Shown here in pieces: positions 1 through 11,710 of a DNA stretch of 64,000 nucleotides. Every line of letters starts with the position of its first letter. Position 1 is the first letter of the stretch. The DNA is from Dipteris shenzhenensis (lineage: Eukaryota): the NCBI GenBank assembly GCA_047967505.1, contig CM106538.1; one strand, written 5' to 3'. The position numbers were made by a program, and so were the translations under genes. The notes beneath the pieces are model-generated. The model ran no database searches. It was not told the DNA's origin and saw nothing but the letters and a program-made list of their open reading frames with translations.

Positions 1-635
1 TCCATGGGTCAAACAAAGCAGACCAATGGCCTCCTTTGTAAAACCATGGGAAAAATGGCCACAGGGACAAGAGCCAGTGGGATCAGAAGGTCACAAAAGC
101 CGTATGGGCTTACAACATCACTCATAAAACATCTACAGGTCACACTCCTTTTGAGTTGGTATATGGTACTGAGGCCATTTTACCACTAGAGATAGAGATT
201 CTAGCTTTGAGATTGGCACAAGAACAGAGGATGACAGAAGATGAACATGTAGAGGCCCGGTTGGTGCAACTTGAGAAGATAGATGAAACCCGACGCCTTG
301 CCCTACATCAAAAAGAGATTCAAAAGAATCAACAAAAGGCCCGCTTGGATGTTAAGATTCGCAAGGGATGGGAAAGACACTTTGCTGAGGGGGATGTTGT
401 GCTATGCAACAGATCGGACCACCAAATGGATAAGAAGTTTCTGCCACTGTGGACCGGTCCATACAAAGTCATCAAGGAACGTAGCAATGGGTCTGTACAA
501 GTTCAGGAGCTACATGAGCCATATGGCAGGAAGGTGATCAATAAGCGTTATCTCAAGCCCTTCTTTGTGCGTGATGGACCTAGACATGGAAATGCTATGC
601 ATTCCCTGCCTGGGGGGGGGAACTATTATGGATAA
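1..635 (+). mobile_element. Ty3/Gypsy integrase C-terminal remnant followed by G-rich PPT
   Basis: Translation shows AVWAYNITHKTSTGHTPFELVYGTEAILP and LWTGPYKV (GPY/F module); G9 run at 612-620. Confidence 0.85.
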
Positions 636-713
636 ATTTGTCTAAGGAAAAAGGCATTAATATGTGTGTGTGTTTGTATGTGTGGCAATAGTATAATAAA
701 ATATGGTGTGCAT

Positions 714-1065
714 TGTTGAGATATCGAGCTCCACTCGTGATATGCCATGGTGACAGTTGTGCATTTATGTCACCGACTTGTTAGCTGCAGATGCGGTTGG
801 TACACCACCCATGAATAATAGCTGGATGACAGCTATCCTTATGTACTCTAGTTCGTGGCTCAGTTAGTATGCCACCTTAGTTAGCTGAGTTTGGTTTGAG
901 ACCCACATATAGGGTTCTTCTATTTCTTTGTACTAGAGTTCTTTTGGCTTTCACAACTAAGAAGAGGAAAACTGTTTTCAGCCTCCACCTTTGTGTGTAT
1001 TCCCCCAATGTGTATGTGAGAAAGCCGCAAGTGAGACTCCTTCCTTCTCTCCCACTATTTTCACA
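714..1065 (+). repeat. 5' LTR of Copia element 1 (352 bp)
   Basis: TG...CA termini; followed by PBS TGGTATCAGAGC (1066-1077); preceded by TGCAT; partner LTR lies inverted at 27817-28168. Confidence 0.95.
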
Positions 1066-4000
1066 TGGTATCAGAGCCTGGTTCGTGGTAAGGAGCTCAA
1101 GAAAGCAAACCAAGTTCACGGTGACCTAGTAAGAGGACCAGTGTTGCTTTCCTTTTTCAAGTTTGGGAGCAAATCTCTACAGGTAGCACAGCCAGAAAGT
1201 GCAAGAGTGCATTGTCTCAGATTGAGACGCCCTTCGCGGTGTGGCGAGAGGGCAGTATATGCTACGGGAAAGGGCGTCCACCTCCTTGAGAAAAAGGCCC
1301 TGTATTTGCTATGCGACCACTGCTCTGCATGTCGGTGAAAAGTTGCCGCAGAAATTGCATCGTATGCCTATGCGCAGAGATATTGGGAGTTATAGAATCA
1401 TCCTTATTGCCTGTTCATGCAAAATCATCACTAGGAAGTGACTGTGTGGTCAAATACCACTTTCGTCAGTTTTGCAGATTTGCCCTTGTGAGGCAGAAGC
1501 TTTGTTTTTTTGCAGTGATAGAATATTTTTCAGTGTTTTGTAATGGCGTCTGATTCTCTTTCACAGATTGTCACTGAAAAGCTTGACAAGAACAACTTCC
1601 AATCATGGAAGTTTAGAATGATGAATTTCCTTATGGGAAAAGGCTATTGGGAGTTCATTACATGAAATGAAGAAGAACCAGTTCTTCCTAATGTTCCCAA
1701 TCGACAGGAAATGCATGCATTTAAAGGATGGCATGAGAGAGCCAGAAAAGTTATGTATTGGCTGTCTATCAGTATTTCAGGTTCTATGATTGTGCATATT
1801 CAGGATGCAAGTACGCCAAAGGAGGCATGGGATACTTTGGCAAAAATGTACAGCACAAATACGCAAGCAAGGAAAATGTAGCTCAAGCAGGAGTTGCACA
1901 ATGTGCAGAGAGAAAATATGAGCATCAATGACTACCACATGAAGGTGAAGAAAATTGCGGATGCACTTGCTTCAATTGGGTCGCCAGTGGAAGATGATGA
2001 TTTAGTTTTTGTGACCTTGAATGGTCTAGGAAAGGATTATGCATAGTTCCGGACATCCATTGCTGTCCGTGAAAAATTTCCTAACTTTGAGGAGTTGTTT
2101 GCTCTTCTAATTTCTGAAGAGCGGAGAAATGGTGGTGCATCTTCTTCAGGAGGAACTTCAAAAGAAACTGTCTTCTACTCAAATGCTAGAAGACGTAGAG
2201 GCAGAGGTAGAGCAAGCCGATCTGGAGGCCATGGTAGAAATCAGGATATGCAGCAAACTCAAGAAAACCAATCCTATGGAGGAGGACGTGGTAACTCTAG
2301 AGGCAGGGGGAGCCAAAGAGGTCGTGGAGGATGGCAGAGAGGCCAAAATGCAAACAGCAATGTTGAATGCTACTACTATGGTAAAATGGGTCATATGGCT
2401 AAAGACTGCTATAAAAAGCAGAATGACATCATGAATGGAAAATTGCAGCAAGGGAATTATGCATCTTCTAGTAGACAGGGTGATGACAGAAATGAGCATC
2501 TATTTATGGTGCAGCACATGACCAATTCTGTGACAAGTGCAGAGGAAAGCAATGATGTGTGGTATGTTGACTCAGGTGCATCAAACCACATGACAAGTCA
2601 TGCGAATGGATGCAGGATGCAAGGAAAATGGAAAGACCAGGATTTGTGGAGTCTGGTGATGATACTGCACATGCTATTGTGCAGATTGGTAAAATTCCTT
2701 TGTCTATGCAGGATGGGAAAAAGAAATACCTATCTGATGTATTTCATGTCCTGAATATCACCAAGAACCTGGTTTCTATTGGTCAAATGGTTGTGCAGGG
2801 CTTGTAGGTCAGATTTAATCCTCATGGATGCTTTGTTGAGGATATGAAAAATAACGATCGCTTGATAGCAAAAGGAAAGAAGAAGGGCAAGATGTTTACA
2901 TTGGATGCGGACATGCCTGAATTGAGTGCAGCAATGTTTTCACATGGGACCAGTGTAGTTGCAAATATTGATATCTGGCATAAACGCATTGGTCATGTTA
3001 ATGTACAGCGACTTAAATCAATGCAGGCCCAAAATATTGTTGCAGGATTGCCTAAATTCAAGGTTGCAGAAATGCATAAGGTATGTGAAGCCTGTCAATT
3101 TGGAAAACATGCAAGGAAACCATTTCCTAGACATGTTCAAGAGAGTAAGAAGCCATTGGAATTAATCCACTCTGATGTGTGGACTACTAAAGCCGCATCT
3201 ATTGGAGGCTGTCATTATTTTGTCACTTTTATTGATGACTACAGCAGAAAAGTTTGGGTGTATTTTATGAAAAAGAAAAGTGAAGTGTTTGGGCATTTGA
3301 AAGCTTTTAAAGCTATGGTTGAAAAAGAAACAGGCCTGCAAATAAAATTCCTAGGGTCAGATGGAGGGGAAGAGTACCTCTCAAATGAGTTTGCAAGGTT
3401 CCTGCAGGAGCATGGCATAAAGCAGCAATATTCATGCAGTCATACCCCACAGCAAAATGGACTTACAGAAAGGAAAAACAGGCATATTGGAGAGGTATCT
3501 CGGGCCATGCTAAATGAAAAAGAGCTACCATATTATTATTGGGCTGAAGCAGTTGCTACAGTAGTTTACATAATGAACATGACTCCCACTGCAGCAATAC
3601 ATGGCATGACACCAGAGGAGATGTATACTGGTAGGAAACCAGATATTTCTCATTTGAAAATTTTTGGTTGCATTGCCTATGTTCATGTGCCAGATGAGTT
3701 GAGGTCCAAGTTGGATCCAAAAGCTGAGAAGTGCATCTTTATTGGTTATTCTCTGTAGCAGAAAGGGTATAGATGCTATAACCCTTCTACTCGTAAGTTT
3801 ACAGTGAGCAGAGATGTTGTTTTTTATGAGATGAGCAGCTGGTATAAACCAGTAAATGTGATTGATGATGTAGATGCACAAAATGGTAATGCTACACAGA
3901 ATTCACAACAGCAATCACAAAATATTAGTGGACCTGCAGTGTCCTCTAGCAGTGGTTCACATACTTCGCCATGGATAGGCAGATTGAGATCAGGAGAATC

Positions 4001-4530
4001 TCCTCAAATCAATGCAGATAGTGGTATGCAGGTATCACGAAAAGGAAAAGAGAAGGTAGATCAGCCCATGTTTGATGTGAATGCAGGTCACTCTTAGGTG
4101 GATGGTGAATCCAGTGGCTCAGAACAGAGCATTGATGATGAGTTGGTTATGAATTCCTTCTGTTGTTACACCTGGAGTAAGGAAGACTAAGGATGTTTTG
4201 AGAGCACCTGGAAGTGAGCCTATTTTGCACAGGTCTACCAGAGCTAGGTATCCTGTGGATAGGCTAAAATATGATGGATTTACAGCCATTCACTATGCCT
4301 ATATGGTCGAAGTGATACAGGAACCAGAACCCACTTCTTTTGAGCAAGCCATGGGAAAAGAAAAATGGGAGAAAGCCATGGACGAAGAAATGGATGCCTT
4401 GGAAGCAAATGCTACATGGGAATTGGTGCCTTTGCCTAAAGGCAAGAATGCAATTGGCTGTAAGTGGGTTTATAAGGTGAAGCACAATGCAGATGGTTCT
4501 GTGCCAGTTGTCATTTATTGTGACAACATG
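1066..4530 (+). mobile_element. Copia element 1 internal region: gag, protease, integrase; RT almost wholly deleted; breaks in RNase H
   Basis: EKLDKNNFQSWKF gag start, degenerate knuckle CYYYGKMGHMAKDC, WYVDSGASNHM protease, WHKRIGH/CEAC/LELIHSDV integrase; KVKHNADGS joined directly to [10 protein letters not shown]; several stops. Confidence 0.95.
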
Positions 4531-4666
4531 ACTGTGCAACGTCTTACATATATAGTGATGCAAATTTGGAATCTGTTGCATTTCCCAAACCATCTCAACG
4601 TGAATGTCAAGAATGTGAATGTCACATCGCAATGGATTCTAAGGGATGTGCGAGAACACCTTTTGG

Positions 4667-4913
4667 CTCAGGGGGGTCACTCATCATATGTAACCCTATC
4701 ACGTGAGTTCAAAAGAAGGATATTTTTTATTCCTAAAATTTACAGAAATAAATATACATAAGGAACTATTTAAAATAGTTTTGGAAAAAATTTACAGATT
4801 TGTATAGAAAAGGGGTACATTTTATTAATGAAAAAATTTACAGATAAGGGATTTTAAATATAGGCCTTCAACGCACGTGATATAGAGGGTTTATACATAG
4901 TGACCCCCCCGAG
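4667..4913 (+). mobile_element. MITE, copy 1
   Basis: TIR CTC(A)GGGGGGTCACT...AGTGACCCCCCCGAG; 8-bp TSD CCTTTTGG; empty site visible in paralog near 22667. Confidence 0.95.
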
Positions 4914-5341
4914 CCTTTTGGTCATGGACCTCGGACGGCATGTCAGAGTCCTTCTGCTTTATCTTAAATGGTGAGTAAGATCAACCACCGTGTGGAGAAG
5001 GTCATGGATAGTGCCAATTTCATTCCTTCTGCAACTTTGAAGATTGCTAACAATGTGTTTGACTAGTGCAACATTTAATTTTTCGTCTGTCAAATCCTAG
5101 TTATTGCTTCAAAAGATGATGGACAATTAAATTAAAAGTTATTTCTTTTAATGTTTTCTCCTTTCAGTTTATGGTAAATGTTTTACAAAAATTTGGGGAT
5201 TTTATGATTAATTAGGGTTTTGATATATATTAAAGGTTAGAGCCCTTTTTACATCACATTCTCACTTTCACATTTAGAGAGCCATAGAAACTCCCACCCT
5301 CAAAGTCACTCCCTCCATAAGCTCTGCTGCTGCTATTTGCC

Positions 5342-6857
5342 ATGGATTCCACTGAAACTACGTTCCATGACTTCATCTCACACACTGCATTTGCAAATCG
5401 TGAGGAAGAGCTATTTTTAGTGTTTGATAGGACTTTAGATGTCCAGGCACATATATGCGAGCCAAGGATGACTTCTCAGATCTCATCCTCTACATGCAAG
5501 ATAATTTCTCAAATTTTGCTTATACACTTGACCACTCTTCAAAGAGATGGGTTCGCATAGATTACATAAAGTCTATGTTCCTAGAGGAACAGATACTTTA
5601 TGTAAAGTGCTTGGCCTGCTTTTGTGATAACCTTATAGACGAAGGGTTTAGGACGGTCAAAGTTAAAGACATCCTAGATGCGGGGATCACGAGAAATACA
5701 GGCACAAAATTCCTTTCATGGGAGATGACATTCATCTTCCTTCTCCAAGAAGGAAACTTAGAGGAAGAAGCCTCATCCTCTAGCACCCCCTCTAGTAGAA
5801 TTGTTGATCTACTCTAGACTAGACTCGGACATGTACATGGAAGAGAGTCTTGATGATGCAATAGAGGAGATGGAAGCAGCTTAAGCATTGAGCCTACTTC
5901 AAGAGCCCCAAGTAGAGCAAGAATTTGCATCGGAGACCGCTGACCCACAATAAAAAATATGGTCCTTGTCCCCCCTCATCATCGATGGAGAAGAGTACAT
6001 ATTCCTCCATGACATAGAGGTTCTTTTTGGACTACAATAGGATGAGACACTCAGAGCCCTATCTGGGCTAGATGTTGACACAAGTGTCAAAGATCCCAAG
6101 GTTTTAGGTTCTGAAGAACAGACAATGGAAGAGTTTCTCTTGAAGATGCTAGTTTCAATGAGGGATGCAGACATGTCCATATATGCTGCACATCCCTCTG
6201 ATGTAGAAGCTTCCACCTCCAACACAGGGCAAGAGAAATGTCCACCTTCCAAATGGAACATCACATAGCACCTGGTTCCATCAACATTGCAAATGAAAAT
6301 GGGATAGAAGCCGACGACACTGTAGTGGTAAGTTCGAACAATATTTTTTATTTTGATGTTCTTTTGGTATACTTTGTTTTGTTGGTCTTCTAATGTTTGT
6401 TGAATTGTTGCAGGATGCATTTGAGCTTGATGAATTCTCATCTCGATGGGGTAATGTTCACAGTGCATTTGGGCGAGATCATTCTTTGGCCCATTACCTT
6501 GGCAAAGTCGCATAGCACATTGTGGTCTTCCATAACAAATTTTCTCCTCGAGGTCCTTCGAAGCTGCTAAAGTGCAAGCAAGGCATTGTCGCGTGCTATC
6601 GAATACTCCAACATTACTCAAAATACTAACAAAGTCATTTTGGTACACCACCTGGCTGCTATCAATGCCTTTGGATCAAACATTCATGGCAGGGCATTGA
6701 CGGCAGCAACTATCTTTGGCAATAGGAGAGGAGGATGTTAGTGCTATTGCATAGGTTTATATCTAGGAATCCACTAGGGGATTCAAAAACCCCTATTCTC
6801 AATGTACTCAAACTAGCCAAGAAGAAAGATAGCCTGCGAGGGCTTTTGTATATATAA
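5342..6857 (+). pseudogene. Two-exon gene of unknown function (X2) in the repeated X/Y unit
   Basis: Reading frame reconstructable across three copies (also 23095-24547 and 30640-32057 minus); GTAAGT...TTGCAG intron near 6328-6413; telo-box/TATA-like sequence upstream at ~5212-5233. Confidence 0.65.
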
Positions 6858-7067
6858 ACATATATTTCAATGGATACATGACTACATGTCTTTATTATTT
6901 GTTTTAAGTTATCGTTGCTCGTCATGAATTCATAATATTTATTCCATTGTATTTTGTTTAATTCATTGATGATATATTTTTTCCATCATTTTGATTGTGT
7001 TAATTTAATGCATTTCTTGCCAATTTAGTATCATTTTCACCAATTATGGGTATCAAAAGTTCATTTC

Positions 7068-7511
7068 TGTCAAATCCTGGAGGAATTTCATCGTGATGGA
7101 GAAGGGAAAAGTGTTCGGGATGTTGCCAAGAGCCTAGAAAGCCTAAAACCTGCCATGGCATGAATTTGAATGTCCAAATTCATCTCGGGGGGGTCACTCA
7201 TCATATGTAACCCTATCACGTGAGTTCAACAGAAGGATATTTTTTTTTCCTAAAATTTACAGAAATAAATATACATAAGGGACTATTTAAAATAGTTTTG
7301 GAAAAACTTTACAGATTTGTATACAAAAGGGGTACATTTTATTAATGAAAAAATTTACAGATAAGGGATTTTCAATAACGCACGTGATATAGACGGCTTA
7401 TACATAGTGACCCCCCCGAGAAATTCATGCCGTGGTGGGTTTTAGGATTTCTAGGGTCTTGGCGACGTCCCGGACATCTGCGCGACGGTGAAATTCCTTC
7501 AGGATTTGACA
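7068..7511. repeat. ~100-bp imperfect palindrome centred near 7170, split by a MITE
   Basis: Left arm TGTCAAATCCTGGAGGAATTTCA...CCTAAAACCTGCCATGGCATGAATTTG mirrors right arm CAAATTCATGCCGTGGTGGGTTTTAGG...TGAAATTCCTTCAGGATTTGACA once the MITE is removed. Confidence 0.9.
7184..7420 (+). mobile_element. MITE, copy 2
   Basis: Same TIRs; 8-bp TSD AAATTCAT (7176-7183, 7421-7428). Confidence 0.95.
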
Positions 7512-7705
7512 TAATTCAAAACTTACATTAAAATGAAAAGTAATTTTAGTCATAAACATGGAGAATACACAACAATGCGATAGTGTAGAGAATGTGGATA
7601 TATTTTATTAAAAAAGTTTGGCCCTTGGGCCTCATATGCAAGAATCTGATAGTGCCTTCAAGGGCAGGGGGTGGTCTGAGTCCTAAGGGTGTGCTGCAAG
7701 AGAAT

Positions 7706-8678
7706 CTAGGGCTTCAAGCTTGGGTCACCCTATAGCCGCTTCGCCAGAGCCATGTACTTGTCCATGATCACGACACGCTTTGCGTGGATGGCACACAAGT
7801 TGGCATCCTCGAACAAAGCGGTGGTCACTTGCTCCATAGCCTCGTGGAGCGCTCCCATAGCTCCTGTGCTGAATCACACATCGTCCTTGTATCCCTGTGC
7901 TATCTCCCATACCACATGTTGGAAGGGAGCACGGGGGATCAGGTTGTCAGTGGTCTTCTACATCTGTCTGATCTCCCTTAGGGCCCGTTCTCCTGGCTTT
8001 GCTTTGTATGGCTTTCTGACTCTTGGTGGAGGCTTTATAGGTACTCGAACATGGTTTGATGGCCTCCTGTCTGGCTTGAATTTCTTATGCTTCTCTTCTC
8101 TACATTGATCCTCCTCTAGATCCCCCTCTCGCGGACGTCTTGAGCTTTGTCCTTCTTTGGGATGGGGCTTCCTCGGCGTGTGCTTTACCCTCTTCACTGA
8201 GAGAGGGAAGATTGTGCTCTTCCTAATAGTCTATTGGCCCTCATGAAGCCTCTCTATATCAGGGAGGTTATTGAATACATTTTGCTCATGCAGGGGAGTC
8301 CTCTCATGGGGAGGGGGAGGCTGAGGGGAAGGGAGCTTCTCAAATATATTTTGCTTGATTAGGGGAGTGCTCTCATGGGGAGGGGAAGGCTGAGGGTAAG
8401 GCTCATGCTCTTGGGGCTTGGGAGTGGGCTCACAAGACTGGGGAGTTGCGGCTCACAAGACTTGCGAGAAGGAGAAGGCTCATGAGACTGGGGAGTGGGA
8501 TCATGAGACTTGGGGGAGGGCTCATGAGAGATTGGGGAGGGCTCATGAGAGTAGGGGGAGGGCTCATGAGAGTTGAGGGAGGCTCACGAGAGTCATGGGA
8601 GAGCTCACAAGAGTTGGCAGAGGGCTCGCGAGAGTCAAGGGAGGCACCATCGGATAGGCTCGTGTACATAGATGCCAT
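7706..8678 (-). pseudogene. Divergent histone H3-like gene with long S/P/E/H-rich N-terminal extension
   Basis: Manual translation: [97 protein letters not shown] aligns without gaps to the H3 fold; upstream 21-nt repeats at 8430-8600. Confidence 0.9.
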
Positions 8679-8766
8679 GGAGGTGGTGGAGCTAGAGGAG
8701 GAAGGGTGGAGGCAGTGTCTTGTGGGTCTAGAAGCGTTCTTCACTCTTGCAATTGAATAATGAGAG

Positions 8767-8837
8767 TTAGGGTTTTTTAAAACGTTTTATATAGGCCCAT
8801 CATATTTTGACACCCCTTTTAATTATGTTTAGGGTTT
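8767..8837 (-). promoter_or_regulatory. Putative promoter of the H3-like gene: two telo-boxes, site II motif, TATA
   Basis: Minus strand reads AAACCCTAAA (8837-8828), TGGGCC (8799-8794), TATATAAA (8793-8786), AAACCCTAA (8775-8767) upstream of the ATG at 8678. Confidence 0.55.
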
Positions 8838-8974
8838 CATTGTGTCCCCCTCCCCCGCCCTAACCCCTCCAATCCCCCCCACCCTCGTTGCCCTTCTCCC
8901 CTTTTTCCCTCCCCCCTACTTGCCCCCCCCACACCCATTGCCCTCCCCCATACCCCCCATCCCCCCCTTTCACA

Positions 8975-11176
8975 AAATGCTTTCTAGTATTCCCAACCCA
9001 AACTGCTTTGAGACAATGTATGTTTGTCTTTGTCGAGATTGTGGTTCGATAGGAATCTCCTTGCCTTCCCTCCACCCATGGACATTTTTGTAGGAAGTTT
9101 CTGTGTTGCCCTAGACATTTTCTTATCCTCCTTAACTTTGACATGTCCTCCATGGAATCCCATCTCTGACAGAAACTTCTCAGCTTCTACAATGCACCGT
9201 GTGGATAATTCTTGCAAAATTAAATTCCAAGCATAAACAAGATGCAAATACAACAACTTATCAAGTACACACAGTTTTGCATGTAAAGTATATATGTGTA
9301 CTCTCTCAAGTGGGATGGGCAAGATGGGATCCACTTTGGATCCTTCTCATCATGATTGGGAGCTTATGTTTGGCTGCAAGATAGAATGCCATTCTCCCAT
9401 TGTAAGCCAGCCTTTTGCTTACGTTGCAAACACATGCAATAAAGGCATGTGTTCATTGCATTTGCCCCTGTATCACAACCATGCAAGCACTTGAGGGTTT
9501 TCAAATCACCAACAAGATGCCATTCAACTCGAAATGTTCCATGGCCATCAACTGTCAATGTTTGCCCTTCCTCTTGTCTTCAGATCCATCATTGATGGGA
9601 TTCCTGTTCTATCTAGAACCCACCTCAATGTCTTGTGGCACTCTTTCAGAGTCTCAAATGTTGCAAGCCACCATATATCTTTCTCTCATTGCACTGAGAA
9701 ATATTTCTCTACTTCTTCATTCCCTTGAACAAAGGCTAAGGATTTATTCATAATGTAGATGCTCACTCTCTCTAACTTGTGTTCTTTCACCAATTGAGCT
9801 TCATCCATTTTGATGACAAATATGAGATTTCCATTGCAATCTATACAACAAAAGAGAGAAATCGTTAGGATAAACATGATATAGGAAATGAACTAAGTTA
9901 AGTGCAATGCTATAATGGATTTTCTCTTACCATCTTCTCTCATGCCATAGAATTTGACCATTTCTTGTTGGAGTTTCTCAACATCTAAGTATACATTGTT
10001 AAAAGCATTCATCTCAAAGGTTTGCAAGCCAGATTTCTTAATACTCTTCCAAGTCATTGTGCCCCTTACGCAATGGTACCCTCCAAGCATTACTCTTGCA
10101 TGTTGGTTTATCTCTTGCCATGCACGTCTCATAGACCAAGGTGTGGGTAGGGGCATTGTAGGCTTCTTATACTTTCCCAAAATAGTAGACTTGAAAATTT
10201 TGAAAACAGATGTGTAAGCTTCACGACTTACACCGGTAGTATCACAAGCTGCAAGCATCTCCTTTGCATCCAAAATATCCTTGAAGTCCTTCATCACCTC
10301 TTCAGCAACTTGCACACATAGGCGCTTGTGTCTTGGGTCCCGTAGTATCCCAATGACATCACTTGACTTCAATAAACTAGCTAGAGCATATGAACAGTCA
10401 ATATCATCCCCGTTCGCTCTTCCCAGCACATAAAACTTAGTCACAAATAGTGTAGCCCAGAAGTGTGTAATTTCATTGGAACATTTGATAACCAACCTTG
10501 TATCCCGGACTCTCCTCTTTCTAGCACCACCAGTGGGTGCCAATGCATCCATGTTATGTAAGTACCTTCTTTTCCTATCCTTCAATCCCAAAGGTGTTTC
10601 TTTCATCTTTTGCACTCGTTCTTATGCCTTCTCTCGTTCCTTCTCTATGGCTTGCCGAACTTGATTGTATATAGATCTTTCCAAGCCTTTTTTGGACTCA
10701 ACTAGCTTACAAAATGACTCTTCTAATTTATGTTGCTCCAAGTCCAATGCTTTGGATTTATCATGAAGATCTTGATTCTTCCTTTAAAGATCCTGCATAG
10801 AGTTATGCATTGTAAAAATGGTGCTATTTCCTAAATGTGCTAGCATCTCTTCTTAGGATCTGTGCATCTTGCTTGCTTGCATAGCCATTGATTGAGCATT
10901 GGTTAATCGATTGCAATAACCAAGCAACCCTGCATGTCCATTTCCAACAAACCAAACTAGCTCATGCATTGTATGGAAAGGAGAGATCTTTTGGTTGGCA
11001 GGATTTAAAGGATACAAGAATCCTTCTACCCAAAGGTCTAGATGCTTCTTTCCTTGCAAACAGAGATTGTGGATTTTGGAAGCTCCCCTCAATCCCAGAC
11101 TACATGTGCTTGCATATTCAACCTCTAACTCTAAGTGAACTTGGTACTTATTGGAGACATCCTCGAATGGTGCCAT
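8975..11176 (-). pseudogene. RAG1/Transib/Chapaev-like DDE transposase, intron-containing, C-terminus deleted
   Basis: IFVIKMDE, WHLVGDLKTLKCLHG..ANAMNTCLYC, PILPIPLERVHIYTLHAKL, KMSMGGGKARRFL; phase-matched intron 9930-9841; N-terminal coiled-coil-like region; frameshifts and stops. Confidence 0.7.
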
Positions 11177-11209
11177 GAGTAAAGGAGTCTAGAGAAGGAG
11201 AAGGTGTGG

Positions 11210-11710
11210 AGAAGCAGGCTTGAAGGATCAGCATGCAAAAAGAGGGAGGGCGAGGAGGAGGAGGGAGGACCAGTAGTGGAAGAGGAGGGAAGGGGGGCAG
11301 ACCAGCAGGTGTGGAGGTTGAGGAGGAGGCATGGAGGAGGAGGGAGGAGTAGGAGGGAGGGGGAGGAGGAGCAGGCGTGGAGGAGGAGGGAGGGGGAGGG
11401 GAGGAGGAGCAGGCATGGAGAAGGGAGGGAGGCAGGAGTGGGGGAGGGAGGGAGGGGGAGGGTAGGAGGAGCAGGCATGGAGGAGGGAGGGAGGGAGGGG
11501 GAGGAGGAGGAAGGGCGAGGAGGGAGTGAGGAGGGGGAGCGGGAGAAGGGGGGAGGGGGAGGAGGAGGGAGGGGGAAGGGGGAGTGAGGAGGGGGAGGGA
11601 GGGAGGGGGAGGAGGTGGGAGGGGGAGGAGGGAGTGAGGAGGGGGAGTGAGGGAGGGGGAGTGAGGAGGGGGAGGGAGGGAGGGAGGAGAGAGAAGGAGG
11701 GAGGGAATGC
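11210..11710. repeat. Polypurine/polypyrimidine low-complexity tract upstream of the transposase
   Basis: GGA/GGGA-rich repeats; inverted homolog at ~29030-29520. Confidence 0.9.

Noticed and set aside
5899-6651. 250-aa minus-strand ORF
   Set aside because: Antisense shadow of X2; it crosses the plus-strand intron and is not open in the other copies
7165-7183. RSS-like CACAGTG or CACTA termini at the palindrome centre
   Set aside because: The centre reads GAATTTGAATGTCCAAATTC with no CAC terminus, so the superfamily cannot be confirmed from the ends
7706-8100. CENH3 or a functional host H3 gene
   Set aside because: Loop 1 has canonical H3 length (EIAQGYKDDVxF), there is no canonical tail, there are three stops in the fold and no introns are evident
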